Positions 1-10,416 of a DNA stretch of 26,658 bases are shown here, one piece after another. The first letter of the stretch is position 1. Every line of letters starts with the position of its first letter. Under the pieces are notes generated by a model. The model was not told the origin of the DNA. It was given only the letters and a program-made list of their open reading frames with translations, and ran no database searches. The stretch spans positions 1 to 26,658 of the IMG/VR virus record IMGVR_UViG_3300031658_000096. One strand, given 5' to 3'. The translations under genes and the position numbers were made by a program. This stretch comes from a virus. Taxonomy: Duplodnaviria; Caudoviricetes.

Positions 1-3000
1 ATAGCATCAGGTAAAGCTCCATTCTCTGGTACATTTGAAGATTTTCAAAAAGGTAGGTTTAAAAGTTCAAACGTATCAAGTAGTGCAGGATCAGGCCCTA
101 AAGTAGCTACTGTAAAATCAGAAATAAGAGAAGGTAGAGAGCAGCAAGCAGTAAAAGACGTATACAAGTCTAATCCTAAACTAAATAGCATTGGTACTTT
201 ACAACAATATAATGAATACTTAAAAACCATATTCCCTAATAGTCAAGTAAAAGATTTTGTTTATCATGGTGGTAACGAAAATATACAACAATTTAGTAAA
301 GAAAAATTAGGAGAAACAACAAAAGCAGATAGTGCTAAACTTGGATTCTTTTTTTCTAACAATAAAGACGTATCTCTTACTTATATTGAGAGATATTATT
401 TGGAAGCAATTGGAGAATTAAAAGTAAAGGTTGATGAGTTTAATGAAACATACAAGAAATTAAGAGAAAGCACAAAAAATGAGTATTCAGAATCTGCTGA
501 TTTGTATGTAAAAAGTAAAAGATTATTAACTCAAATATTAGATTATATAAAAAAACTACTAAACGACAAATTTATTACAAGTTCTGAATTATATAAAAAA
601 CAACTTAAAAAAGCTCAAGAAGCATCTAAAAAGTTTGAAAACTTTTCAAGAACAGCGAGAAAACCTTCTTTAGAAATTTCTATGGTTTCTGATGAACAGT
701 TAGCTAAAAACTACGCTGTAAAAGTTAGGCAAATTGAAAACAAGCAACTATACACAGTACTATTGGATATCAAAAATCCATTTAAAGCTAACATCCGAGA
801 TAACAAATATGGGGGTAGATTTTTTGTAGACTCTGTATCTGAAGCTGTTAAAAACAATAACGATTCAGCTATTTTAGAAGATGTTTATGACGTTAACACA
901 ACCCCTAAAGAGTTAAAAACAGACAGAGATAAGTATGTGGGTAATGATTATGTGGTATTTGAAAGCAATCAAATTCATATACTTGGTTCTAATAAAGACA
1001 TAAAAGACTTTAAAGATTTTAAATCACCCTCAAGACAGGGTAGAGAGCAGTCTACTGAGCAACAAATAAAAGATCAAACTGGAATGCCAGCAAGCGGCTA
1101 TTACAGCGCTCAAGCTATGGTCTCTGACATACAACGTCAGTTTAATAGAATTGGTCCAGGATACACAGCTAAAAGAGCTAAAAAAGGCGCTTATGGAGGC
1201 GGTGGAGGTGTTTTTGTGAATGGCCCTAAAGGAAGAGTTAAAAACCCTACTCGAAGAGGTCGTCAGCAAGTAATGGATAATGAAGATGATATATTAAGAA
1301 TCATTTATGCTGGTAGACAAGAAGGTGGATTTCCAGATGCTGCAATATTAGATTATTTGAAACGAAGAAAAAGAAAGGTTGATGGTAAAACTAAACCAGC
1401 CTTTACAGCTAAAGAAATAAGTAGCGCATTTAAAGTTGTACAAGATGAGGCATTTGATTCTTACATGTTTAGAGAGTACCCTAAAAGTTTTAATGATTTA
1501 AAAGGTGGTTTTTTAGCTGGTCTTAAATTAATGAAAAAGGTTGACAACTACTATAAAAAATTAGTTGAAAAAAACAATTTAATAAAAAAAAGAATAAAGA
1601 AAAATATAAAAACTAAAGAAGTTCCTTTATCCGAAGAGCAACTTAATTTAAAAGTTTTAGATTTCTTTATGGATCAAGCTATTTATAAAAGTGCAGGTGT
1701 TAAAGGTAAAAGACAAACATCTCAGCAGCTTGCAATGGAACGTGATATGTTACAAATACTTCTTCCAGATCCTTTAAAAGCAAATCCACAGCGTATTGCA
1801 GCTATAAATAAAAGAATTAAAAATATTAAATTCGATGATAAAAATTTAAAAGGAGTTCAAAGAGCATTGCGAAACTATATTCGTATGGTTCTACCAAGAG
1901 ACTTGTATAGTAAAAAAGAAATTACTGATTTAATTGATGAAGTAAATAGAGTAACTGCAACTAATTTTGAATCAGTAAAAGATGAGGTTTTTAAAAAAGT
2001 AACAAAAAAAACTAACGAATCTTTAGAAACCTCATTGTTTAAAATTCTTAATAAAGAATACACTGTAATTCAAAGCGGAAGATTGAAGGGTGTTAAAATA
2101 GATAATAAAATTCGTAAAAAGTTAAACCGTATAAATAAATTAATAGTTAGTCCAGATGCTACAAGTGATCAAATAATAGAAGCAAATGTTGCATTATTAG
2201 ATCAATACAACAAAATTAAAAAAGAAGAGGTTGAAGGTGAAAAGGGTGGTGATGTTATTATAGTTAACAAAACAGAATTTTCTGAGAATGATTTAGAGGC
2301 AATGGCTGAGATTACTTTAGCTATGCAAATAAATACTTCATTTACTCAAGAAATGAACGATCCTAATAAAACAACTCAATTAAGCTCTGTGATAAGTAGT
2401 CTTAATCAAATTGAAGCAACTGGTAAAGCAAATCTTGAATACCAGTTATTACAAGATGCAATTAAATACAGAGAAAACGAAAGAGCTGTATATAAGGATA
2501 TGACAGGTATCGATATTGATGCTAAACAATCTCTTATTGATCAAGGAATTCCTGAAAATGAAATAACGGAACACATGATTACTAAAGAGTTTCAAGCAAT
2601 AAAAAAAGATCTTTCTCTTGACGCTAAAGAAAGGGGAGGTTTAAAAGCTAAAAATGTTATAGCAAGATTTAGAGGTTCACTTAAAAGTTTAGCAGCAGCT
2701 ATTGAACAAGGTGTTTTTGGTACAGCAGAAGATATGACTGGATTAATTGATAGAATTTCAACACAGCCAGGTGAAATATTTGAAGGAGCTACTCAAGACA
2801 TAACTCAAAAGGAAATACGTAAAGCTTCCAGGATGTTTAAAGGAAGAATGCTTAACCAGCAATTAATTTTTTCTGAAAAAATGACTGAGTTGTTTGGTAA
2901 AAGATGGACAGCAGTAAATAGAAAAAATTCATCCTCAACAGAAACTATTGTTCGTAGTGTAGTAAAAGATGAAATGTTACGAGACCAATTAAATGAGGTT

Positions 3001-5070
3001 CAAAAAGTTATTACTAAAAAAAATAAATCAGAAGTAGCTGCTAAAGTAAAAGAGATACAAAAGAAAATACAAGAGAATACAATCGATATTAGTCAGAATC
3101 AATTGATGTATTATTATTCTCAAATGCAAGATCCTTCGCTAAAGCAAAGTATGATAAATACTTTTGATGCTACACGATTAGGAAATGAGACTTTTAAGAA
3201 TGAATTTGAAAGTCGTATAAGGCAAGAAATTGCTGATAAATTAGATAATAAATTAATTCAATTGTCCGAATGGATGGTAGGAGAATATTATCCAGAAGCA
3301 TATGAGCATTATAATAATACTTATAAAGAGATTTACAGAACTGATATGCCATGGAATCAATTTTATGCTGGTAGGGTTTATAGACAAAACGAAAATGATG
3401 CTGAAGGATTAGATTTATTAGCAGATAGTCAGTCATGGATAACAAATGTAGGTTCTGCGAGTTCTAAGGCAAGACAGGCAAACACCAATCCAATAAATAA
3501 AACAGATGGTGTAGATGCATTGTTAAACTACACTAAAGACATGGAGTATTTTGCTGCATATGCAGTTCCAATTAGAAATATTAATAAAATATTTCAATCT
3601 CCATTAATTAAAGAAACGATTAAGGATAAGTTTGGTCCAGAAATATGGAAGTATATTAATGATTCTATTACAAAAATTGCTAATAAAGGAATACAAAATC
3701 AAAACGAAACAGCAATAATAAATGCATTTAATAATACATTTTTATTATCTCGTTTAGGTTTAAATCCAACACTTATTTTAAAGCAGATGACTTCATTTGT
3801 TACATATGGTAATGATATAGGGTATATTAATTGGGTAAAAAATGCTGCTATGAGTACGGTTAAAGCACGTACATTAGTAAAAGAAGTTTTAGATAACTCT
3901 GTGGTTCTTCAAGATAGGTACGGTCAAAGTATTACCAGAACTGTAGAAAACTATAGTGACGATAAGTTTGAAAGAATGAATGGTGGCTTACTTCAACGAT
4001 TTGGTTTAACCAACGAAAAGCAAGATCAAATTAGTAAAATACTAATGTGGACTACAATGGCTGGTGATAAGGGAGCTATTTTAGTTGGTGGTGTGCCTAA
4101 TTATTTATATTATAAAAATAAATTTAAAAAAGCAAATCCTAACGCTACAGAACAAGAAGCAATTGATCATGCAATTATAAAATTTGAAGCTGACACTTTA
4201 AGAACTCAGCAATCATATGATTTGCAAGACAAAGATTATTTTCAAACTAAAGGAGCAATTGTAAGAGCCTTTAATATGTTCTTAACTACTCCAAAACAAT
4301 ATTTCCGTAGAGAAATTATTGCATTTAGAAACATGTATAGAATTATTAAGAGTCGTGGTAAAGAAGGTAAGGGAGTTTTAAAAGATAATGGAGAATTAGA
4401 TTACGTAAGAAGTTTAACAAAGGCTGGAAGAAGTTTAGCAGTGTACCATGTGGTTATGCCAGTTTTATTTCAGTGGGTGTCTCAAGGTCTCCCTGGTCTT
4501 TTAAGAGGGGCTGATGATGAGGACAAAGCAGACCTGGTAAGAGCAGGTATTTTAGGTAACTTAAATGCTTTATTTATTCTTGGTAAAGTTGCAGAGTCAA
4601 TAATTGAAGCATCAGCTGGAAAACCATGGGTAGGAACTCCATCTACAATACCAGTCTTAGGGCAAACAGCTTTATTAGCTAAATTATATACTGATATCGG
4701 TAAGATTAAAGATCCTGTTAAAAGACAAGAAAAGGTGAATAAGTTTATGTCTGAGGCAATTGCTTTAACAGGTATACCAGCAGGACAGCTTCGTAAAATG
4801 ATGAGTAATTTTAGCACAATTGGTGAATCAAAAGATTTGGGATCGTTTATATTAAAGTTATTTAATTTTTCTAAATATGCTCAAGGAGACAAGGGTGGAA
4901 AAACAGAAAGAGGATTGTTTGATTTGACACAAGCCGAAATGAAAAAATATAATCCAGAGATGTATAAGAGACAACAAGAGCTTAAAGAAAGAATGCCTAA
5001 ACCAAGAGATATTCAAAAAGAAATAAAAGCAGAAATTAGGAAAAAATTACTTGATGAAATATATGATTAA
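1..5070 (+). CDS. Giant polyvalent / DNA-ejection-type virion protein (5'-truncated), with an ART-PolyVal-like ADP-ribosyltransferase module and a long helical C-terminal region
   Basis: Frame 1 is open from base 1 (IASGKAPF...), so the TTG at 400 is not the true start. ART-like motifs: VYHGG (YHG at 262-270), GFFFS, LDIKNPF, NDSAIL, DYVVFESNQI. The C-terminal half (LGLNPTLILKQMTS, TQQSY, FNMFLTTPKQY, hydrophobic SLAVYHVVMPVLFQW) resembles large internal virion proteins. Confidence 0.75.
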   Translation: MASGKAPFSGTFEDFQKGRFKSSNVSSSAGSGPKVATVKSEIREGREQQAVKDVYKSNPKLNSIGTLQQYNEYLKTIFPNSQVKDFVYHGGNENIQQFSKEKLGETTKADSAKLGFFFSNNKDVSLTYIERYYLEAIGELKVKVDEFNETYKKLRESTKNEYSESADLYVKSKRLLTQILDYIKKLLNDKFITSSELYKKQLKKAQEASKKFENFSRTARKPSLEISMVSDEQLAKNYAVKVRQIENKQLYTVLLDIKNPFKANIRDNKYGGRFFVDSVSEAVKNNNDSAILEDVYDVNTTPKELKTDRDKYVGNDYVVFESNQIHILGSNKDIKDFKDFKSPSRQGREQSTEQQIKDQTGMPASGYYSAQAMVSDIQRQFNRIGPGYTAKRAKKGAYGGGGGVFVNGPKGRVKNPTRRGRQQVMDNEDDILRIIYAGRQEGGFPDAAILDYLKRRKRKVDGKTKPAFTAKEISSAFKVVQDEAFDSYMFREYPKSFNDLKGGFLAGLKLMKKVDNYYKKLVEKNNLIKKRIKKNIKTKEVPLSEEQLNLKVLDFFMDQAIYKSAGVKGKRQTSQQLAMERDMLQILLPDPLKANPQRIAAINKRIKNIKFDDKNLKGVQRALRNYIRMVLPRDLYSKKEITDLIDEVNRVTATNFESVKDEVFKKVTKKTNESLETSLFKILNKEYTVIQSGRLKGVKIDNKIRKKLNRINKLIVSPDATSDQIIEANVALLDQYNKIKKEEVEGEKGGDVIIVNKTEFSENDLEAMAEITLAMQINTSFTQEMNDPNKTTQLSSVISSLNQIEATGKANLEYQLLQDAIKYRENERAVYKDMTGIDIDAKQSLIDQGIPENEITEHMITKEFQAIKKDLSLDAKERGGLKAKNVIARFRGSLKSLAAAIEQGVFGTAEDMTGLIDRISTQPGEIFEGATQDITQKEIRKASRMFKGRMLNQQLIFSEKMTELFGKRWTAVNRKNSSSTETIVRSVVKDEMLRDQLNEVQKVITKKNKSEVAAKVKEIQKKIQENTIDISQNQLMYYYSQMQDPSLKQSMINTFDATRLGNETFKNEFESRIRQEIADKLDNKLIQLSEWMVGEYYPEAYEHYNNTYKEIYRTDMPWNQFYAGRVYRQNENDAEGLDLLADSQSWITNVGSASSKARQANTNPINKTDGVDALLNYTKDMEYFAAYAVPIRNINKIFQSPLIKETIKDKFGPEIWKYINDSITKIANKGIQNQNETAIINAFNNTFLLSRLGLNPTLILKQMTSFVTYGNDIGYINWVKNAAMSTVKARTLVKEVLDNSVVLQDRYGQSITRTVENYSDDKFERMNGGLLQRFGLTNEKQDQISKILMWTTMAGDKGAILVGGVPNYLYYKNKFKKANPNATEQEAIDHAIIKFEADTLRTQQSYDLQDKDYFQTKGAIVRAFNMFLTTPKQYFRREIIAFRNMYRIIKSRGKEGKGVLKDNGELDYVRSLTKAGRSLAVYHVVMPVLFQWVSQGLPGLLRGADDEDKADLVRAGILGNLNALFILGKVAESIIEASAGKPWVGTPSTIPVLGQTALLAKLYTDIGKIKDPVKRQEKVNKFMSEAIALTGIPAGQLRKMMSNFSTIGESKDLGSFILKLFNFSKYAQGDKGGKTERGLFDLTQAEMKKYNPEMYKRQQELKERMPKPRDIQKEIKAEIRKKLLDEIYD

Positions 5071-5072
5071 AA

Positions 5073-5393
5073 CTAAAAGTTTTTAGAGTAGTTTTTACGT
5101 TCTGCTTCTAATTTATAATACAAGAAAGCTTGAAATCCATTAACATGAGAGTCGGTTGGGAAAAAGTATTTCCAACCTTTTGACCTTCCTTTATTAATGT
5201 AATAGAAAAAAGCAACAGCAACTTTGCCGCCAGTTTTTACGAAGTTTACGCAAGCTGTATGGTCTGAAGTTGGTATAATTTCTTCAACTGTAAATGTTTC
5301 GTTGTTTACGTTTCCAACTCTTGCTATATTAGAGTATCTTTCAGCAATTGTATTGCAAAAAGCTTGTAGTTCTGTAGCGATTCCTTTATTCAT
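5073..5393 (-). CDS. Hypothetical phage protein (106 aa)
   Basis: Last gene of the leftward unit. Its stop converges on the stop of the giant ORF, and its start has an ATGA overlap with the upstream small ORF. Confidence 0.8.
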   Translation of the reverse strand: MNKGIATELQAFCNTIAERYSNIARVGNVNNETFTVEEIIPTSDHTACVNFVKTGGKVAVAFFYYINKGRSKGWKYFFPTDSHVNGFQAFLYYKLEAERKNYSKNF

Positions 5394-5503
5394 AGTAGTT
5401 GTTGAAGTTTTTGTATTCTTAATAGTACTTTAGCTGATTGAAGTAATTTTTTAAGTCTTAGTATTTCTTTTATTATTTCTTTTTGAGAGTCGTTAGATTT
5501 CAT
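5390..5503 (-). CDS. Small hypothetical protein (37 aa, MKSNDSQKEIIKEILRLKKLL...)
   Basis: Read manually. It fills the gap exactly, and its TGA overlaps the ATG at 5393. Confidence 0.6.
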   Translation of the reverse strand: MKSNDSQKEIIKEILRLKKLLQSAKVLLRIQKLQQLL

Positions 5504-5687
5504 CAGATAAAGATTTAATTAATTCATTCATGGTATTTACAATATTTTTAGCTTTTTTCTTAACAGACTCATGATCTCTATCCATTAAATCTTCATAAAG
5601 ATTATCTGTCAATGAATGTAAATTATTAGTTACATAATTTATATGATTAATAGCTTGAACATCATCAGCAGAAACAGGTTTTGTCAT
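5493..5687 (-). CDS. Hypothetical helical protein (64 aa)
   Basis: ORF track, in operon orientation, with an A-rich leader. Confidence 0.75.
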   Translation of the reverse strand: MTKPVSADDVQAINHINYVTNNLHSLTDNLYEDLMDRDHESVKKKAKNIVNTMNELIKSLSDEI

Positions 5688-5699
5688 TGTTTTTTTATA

Positions 5700-6266
5700 T
5701 TATAATCCATTAAGAAATGTATTTACTTTTCGTTCAAAAACTGAAAACTTATCACCTAATCTATGATCAGCATCTGCGACTAATTTATAAAATTTTTCGT
5801 ACTTACCAGTGTAGTGTTTTAAACTCTTATTTAAAGCCTCTACTTCCAAAGTTAAGTTTTTATTTTCATTTATTAATTGCGTAATTCTTTTTTTTACCTC
5901 TGAATCATTTACTGGCACAAAGTTTTCAACATTTCCAAGCCACTTAAAAACAATATTATTGTATGAATGTTTTGCCTCAGAATCATATTTTATAGTATAT
6001 GGAAGCTGCTTTAGGCCATGTATTACAGTAGCATGATTGTTGTTAAAAACTTTTGAAATATCAATAAGAGTCATTCGTAAATGTTTCCGTAATAATTCGT
6101 ATACAATAGATCTTGCAAAAACATACACTTGTACTCGTGATGTATTATTAGCCATTAAATCAATATTTAATTCCTCATTTACATTTAATATAATTGTTTT
6201 AATCGTTTTTTGTCTTGGTGATATACCCATTTTTTTATCCTTTATACACTTCGGTTTTAAAGCCAT
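5700..6266 (-). CDS. DnaA C-terminal (domain IV)-like HTH protein with coiled coil
   Basis: VFARSIVYELLRKHLRMTLIDISKVFNNNHATVIHG matches the DnaA_C pattern (ARxxxxYL...SLxxIGxxF.RDHxTVxH). The start could be 6230. Confidence 0.75.
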   Translation of the reverse strand: MALKPKCIKDKKMGISPRQKTIKTIILNVNEELNIDLMANNTSRVQVYVFARSIVYELLRKHLRMTLIDISKVFNNNHATVIHGLKQLPYTIKYDSEAKHSYNNIVFKWLGNVENFVPVNDSEVKKRITQLINENKNLTLEVEALNKSLKHYTGKYEKFYKLVADADHRLGDKFSVFERKVNTFLNGL

Positions 6267-6474
6267 GATTTTCTAATTCTTTTAGTCTATATTTTTGTAG
6301 TTCTGAAACTACCCCCTTTGGTGTTTTAACTTCTGAAAATAAAACATCACAACCTTTTGGTAGCGCAATTAAATCTGGAATACCATTTTTGTTTGTTTTA
6401 ATTAATTTTATCACATAGTATCCTTCAGACTCTAACTCTTTAATCCTTTTGTTTTGTATCTGTTGCTCTGTCAT
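6235..6474 (-). CDS. VRR-NUC domain nuclease
   Basis: TEQQIQ...GIPDLI...FSEVKTPKGVVSELQ is the PD-(D/E)xK VRR-NUC signature, and it lies next to an SF2 helicase. Confidence 0.9.
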   Translation of the reverse strand: MTEQQIQNKRIKELESEGYYVIKLIKTNKNGIPDLIALPKGCDVLFSEVKTPKGVVSELQKYRLKELENHGFKTEVYKG

Positions 6475-6598
6475 CCCATAAGTTGTTTTCTGTTAAATAT
6501 GCTGGATTCATCATTGGAATCCACATTGACTGTGGCTTACCAAAAACCCAAATTGTTTTAAGAGTCTCTCCTAATGTTTCTTTTGTTTCTTCTGTCAT
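6440..6598 (-). CDS. Small hypothetical protein (52 aa, MTEETKETLGETLKTIWVFGKPQ...)
   Basis: Read manually. ATGA overlap with the stop of 6595-6783. Confidence 0.55.
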   Translation of the reverse strand: MTEETKETLGETLKTIWVFGKPQSMWIPMMNPAYLTENNLWDDRATDTKQKD

Positions 6599-6783
6599 TT
6601 TTTTCCGTTTTTTTTCCAATCAATCCAAAAACCCACACCTACAATAACGTGCAAAAAAATAGATAAAGAGTATTCGTATAGATTATGCCAAGAGGTAAAG
6701 TGTAAGTGTACGTGTCCTATTATCCAAAAAGGTATAGCCATTTGTTGACTGTACCAAATTAAAAAAAATTTCACAAACCTCAT
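6595..6783 (-). CDS. Small membrane protein (two hydrophobic segments)
   Basis: Hydrophobic stretches, basic C-terminus, ATGA coupling to the helicase stop. Confidence 0.65.
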   Translation of the reverse strand: MRFVKFFLIWYSQQMAIPFWIIGHVHLHFTSWHNLYEYSLSIFLHVIVGVGFWIDWKKNGKK

Positions 6784-8003
6784 TTGTTATCTCTTTTAAA
6801 ATGTCTCAATGTATAATCTTTCTTTTTGGTAACAGCTTTGTATATATCTTTTTCAATACCACCTTTAGCAAATATCCAATATACATCACTCTCTAATCTT
6901 TCTTTAGTTGTCATTCTATCTCTTGACTGCCAATAGCTTGTAGCTGAAAAATCTATATTGTAATACACCAAAGCTTCAGCGTTTTTTAAACTGATCCCTT
7001 CACGACCACTTACTATCTGTAGAGCGATGCTTTTTTTTGTGGTATTGAATTCCTCCAACTCTGTACACAATTGATCTCCATAAACTTTTTTTAATGCGTT
7101 AAGCTCTTGCTTAAATTTATAAAAAATTCCAACCTTTACATCTCCAAAGTTGTCGTTAATAAACTCAGCTTTGCTTAAATCCAATATCATAGAGTTACCA
7201 GACTCAAATTTTACCGTTCCAGAATACATTTGATGTAGCTTCATCATTAGTTTTACTGCTGTATCAGCCAATATAACGTCATCAGTACCCTCTACAACTA
7301 AATCTTTTTTTAATTTGTTAGCTAATTGGTATGTGATAGGATTCATTTCAACCTCTAACACATGTTCTTTGGTCTCTACCTTAAAACCAGCTTCTTTTTG
7401 AGTATAGGATAGTGTATATGGTTGCATTTTTCGTATAATTTCTTCTGAACCATCACTATAATCTCTGATACTGAATCCACCAATAGGTCTTATTTTTATT
7501 TTAACGTAGTCCTCACAGAATCTGTAAAAACTTTTGTATCCGTTAAAAGGATTTTTAGGTATTGCGTAGACTTGATGATACATTTGACTGTAAGACTCAG
7601 GTGTTGGTGTTCCTGATAATAGTATTACATAGCATTTGTTTTTAGCTATAAGACTTTTTACTTGCTTGGCTCTCTTACTTGGTTTTGGAAATGCTCCCAT
7701 ACAATGAGCTTCATCCAAGACAATCATATCCCATCCCTTTTGATCTATCTTGTGTAATGACTCGTAGTTTATTACAGTAATTTTGTAAGAAGGATTTAAT
7801 AGTTTGTAATCGTCTTCTATACTGCTTATTGCTTTCTTTTTAGTGATAAATAAAAGGTTTGATACTGGCAAAAGCTCACTTACACCCAAGCTCGTGAGAG
7901 TTTTACCAGTACGCACCTCCATTGCAAGATACACAAATTTGTGTACCTCCAATAAAGGTAATGCCTTGTTTATCATTTCTAATTGATAGGTTCTAAATTC
8001 CAT
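6780..8003 (-). CDS. SF2 (SNF2/DEAH-like) DNA helicase
   Basis: RTYQ Q-motif, MEVRTGKT (Walker A), VLDEAH, LLSGTP, GREGISL, QSRDR. The start is probably MEFRTYQ at 8003 rather than 8015. Confidence 0.9.
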   Translation of the reverse strand: MEFRTYQLEMINKALPLLEVHKFVYLAMEVRTGKTLTSLGVSELLPVSNLLFITKKKAISSIEDDYKLLNPSYKITVINYESLHKIDQKGWDMIVLDEAHCMGAFPKPSKRAKQVKSLIAKNKCYVILLSGTPTPESYSQMYHQVYAIPKNPFNGYKSFYRFCEDYVKIKIRPIGGFSIRDYSDGSEEIIRKMQPYTLSYTQKEAGFKVETKEHVLEVEMNPITYQLANKLKKDLVVEGTDDVILADTAVKLMMKLHQMYSGTVKFESGNSMILDLSKAEFINDNFGDVKVGIFYKFKQELNALKKVYGDQLCTELEEFNTTKKSIALQIVSGREGISLKNAEALVYYNIDFSATSYWQSRDRMTTKERLESDVYWIFAKGGIEKDIYKAVTKKKDYTLRHFKRDNK

Positions 8004-8004
8004 A

Positions 8005-10416
8005 TTAAAAATCAAAGTTACCGTTAGTTTCTAATTCATGCTTTGTTCTGAATCGCAACCATCTACCATGCTGGTCTCTATCAGCTTCAGGTTTACACTC
8101 ATATTTAAACAAAGAGTATGCTTCAAGCCACTTGTTAAACTTAGTTCTTGAAACAGTCATTTTTGATTTAGGTGCAAAATCAGGATTATCTTCAACAAAG
8201 TCTAAATACAAATCGTTCTTATAAACCTTTCGACCTTTAACTAATTTATCATTAACATTGTTACTTCCAATTAATCCACACCACTCCAAAAACTCATGAC
8301 ATGTTCCAGCGGATAGCTGTCGTATTTTTAGGTTTACAAACTTAGACTTAATTAATCCATGCATCATGTATTCTTGTAGGCAACCAATCATGTAGTTGTC
8401 AAACTCACACCACTCATCATCATCCCACTCGCCAAACATAAGTTTGCCAAACTCCTTCAAAGGGGTTAAGTCTTTAGTGTAATGCTGTGCTAATTCCAAT
8501 TCCCATTTTCTTCTTGCAAATGACGAACCTTGTCCTTTGATTGCGTAATTTGTAGTTATAGCAATTTTTGGAGATTTGCTAAATGGAATCTTAATAGCAT
8601 CCTTATTTTTTTTCTCCAATACCAACCCCTCTGTTATAACACTAAATAGTCTCTCAAAATCAAAATGTTTTTTAACATCATCAAAACATAAAATCTGAGT
8701 ATCTACACTTACAGTTTGATAAGCAAAACTTTTCTCAAAATTAAATGACTTACCATCTATAAATACTAACTTCTTCATATGACTTAAAGCGTTCATAAAT
8801 AAGCCCTTTCCTGTTCCACCTTCAGGATTGTCAGAGATAACCTCATCATTTAAAATTACTGCTGGACAATAGGAAAGATTTTTCCATTGGTGTAATAGAT
8901 ATCCTATTGTAGACTTCATAGATTTTATTCTACTATCATCCTGACCACATATGTTAGTTATAAACTGCTGGTAGTCACATCCATCTCCATCACATAACCG
9001 AAAGTTTCGGTCAATTACATGGTCTTTCCAAACGTATCCACCTAAATCTAAATAATCAATTTTTACAACTGAATCATGTTTTACTTTAACAGCTCCATTC
9101 TTGTAGTAAAGATATGCAGTGTCTTTGTTGTCCTCAATAAAATAAACATCTATAGAAGATAGTAAAGTTAAAAACTCTTCTCTAAAATAGCGAGTATGCT
9201 CTGCGAAATAATTATACACTGACAAGTCATCTACCTCCAGTAAATAATTTAAAATAAAGTCTTTAATTTCTTTTTCTGATGTATGGTCAATAAGGTTGTT
9301 TGTTACTTTTACAAACACATAATTCTTACTGCCTTCAGGATTAAACTTAAAAAATCCACTCTCTTCTAAAAATTGTTTAAACAGTATGTGTACTATTTTT
9401 ATAACTCCTTTGTCGTTCTTGGTCCAAAACTGGTTATTAGCATTTTCTTGATCAAGTCTTGATATTACATTCTCTATTGTCGTAGGCTCTACATCAGAGT
9501 TCTCAAGCTCAACTCTGATATCTTTTTTTGACACACCACGCTTTAGCTTCATTCTGACGTTGTTTACCTTGTCCTCGTCTTCGTAGTACTTAGTTCCAAA
9601 GTTATGCTTCTGTGCGTAAGCGCTTTCAATAGTTCTTTTTATCTCGGACTGTGTAAATGTTTTTGTTCTGTAGTTCATTAAAACAGATTCTGCTAAAGAT
9701 TGATACACACCAAAGTCATTAAAAGCCGCAGCTAAAACATAAGCATTGTTATTTCTCTCTCCTTCATTCATTGGGAACTTTTTATTCCACCACTTCACGA
9801 GAATATCTACTATCTTATTTTCATCTGTAACTGGTATTGTAGGAATGTCTGAGTGCTTATTAACTTCTATGTATTCTTGCTCTTCAATTTTATCCCACAA
9901 ACTTGACTGAGCATTTATGTGAATTAGGGGATCATAAGACTCATAGCACACTCGTGAGATGTTTTTACATGTCTTATCAAAGTATTCGCTGTCGTAATAA
10001 TTTTGAAGGCTTAGAAAGTAGCTTTTGTGATTATCTGCTATTGGTGGTATTTTTACTAATGCTTTTAATCCATTTCCACTTGGAGATATAAATACACAAT
10101 AAATGTACTTGTCTTTAGATAGCCTTTCTTTTTCTTGTAATAAATCTCTATTAGACTTGTAACCATCAAAATCTAAACAAATAAATCCACTGTGTTTTTT
10201 CAAAGCGTTATCTGCTCTCTTTGAGAACTCCCCACTAAAGCATATTGCTGGTAGCTTTTGTTTTAGTATGTTTCTGTTCTCTTTGTCTTTTTCTGCACGT
10301 ATCTTTTTTACTATGTCTTTTGAAGCCCCCTCTTGTATCCTCGTAAGTACTAAATTTATGTTTCTGTAAAAAGGTCGTGATGTCTGTTTAATGTCTTTAA
10401 ATAACGTAATGTCCAT
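8005..10416 (-). CDS. Primase-helicase (BT4734/VirE-N-type primase domain, PriCT, P-loop NTPase)
   Basis: KQKLPAICFSG, HSGFICLDFD, FISPSGNGLKALV, DKTCKNISRVCYESYDP (VirE_N-like); EGERNN (PriCT); EGGTGKG Walker A and CFDD Walker B. Confidence 0.9.
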   Translation of the reverse strand: MDITLFKDIKQTSRPFYRNINLVLTRIQEGASKDIVKKIRAEKDKENRNILKQKLPAICFSGEFSKRADNALKKHSGFICLDFDGYKSNRDLLQEKERLSKDKYIYCVFISPSGNGLKALVKIPPIADNHKSYFLSLQNYYDSEYFDKTCKNISRVCYESYDPLIHINAQSSLWDKIEEQEYIEVNKHSDIPTIPVTDENKIVDILVKWWNKKFPMNEGERNNNAYVLAAAFNDFGVYQSLAESVLMNYRTKTFTQSEIKRTIESAYAQKHNFGTKYYEDEDKVNNVRMKLKRGVSKKDIRVELENSDVEPTTIENVISRLDQENANNQFWTKNDKGVIKIVHILFKQFLEESGFFKFNPEGSKNYVFVKVTNNLIDHTSEKEIKDFILNYLLEVDDLSVYNYFAEHTRYFREEFLTLLSSIDVYFIEDNKDTAYLYYKNGAVKVKHDSVVKIDYLDLGGYVWKDHVIDRNFRLCDGDGCDYQQFITNICGQDDSRIKSMKSTIGYLLHQWKNLSYCPAVILNDEVISDNPEGGTGKGLFMNALSHMKKLVFIDGKSFNFEKSFAYQTVSVDTQILCFDDVKKHFDFERLFSVITEGLVLEKKNKDAIKIPFSKSPKIAITTNYAIKGQGSSFARRKWELELAQHYTKDLTPLKEFGKLMFGEWDDDEWCEFDNYMIGCLQEYMMHGLIKSKFVNLKIRQLSAGTCHEFLEWCGLIGSNNVNDKLVKGRKVYKNDLYLDFVEDNPDFAPKSKMTVSRTKFNKWLEAYSLFKYECKPEADRDQHGRWLRFRTKHELETNGNFDF

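Noticed and set aside
400-402. TTG start of the 1556-aa ORF
   Set aside because: The frame is open from base 1 and the YHG/GFFFS motifs lie upstream, so the true start is outside the window.
45-4817. Minus-strand ORFs inside the giant gene (45-230, 1030-1269, 1875-2063, 3194-3445, 4482-4817)
   Set aside because: Antisense shadows of a long coding frame, with no motifs.
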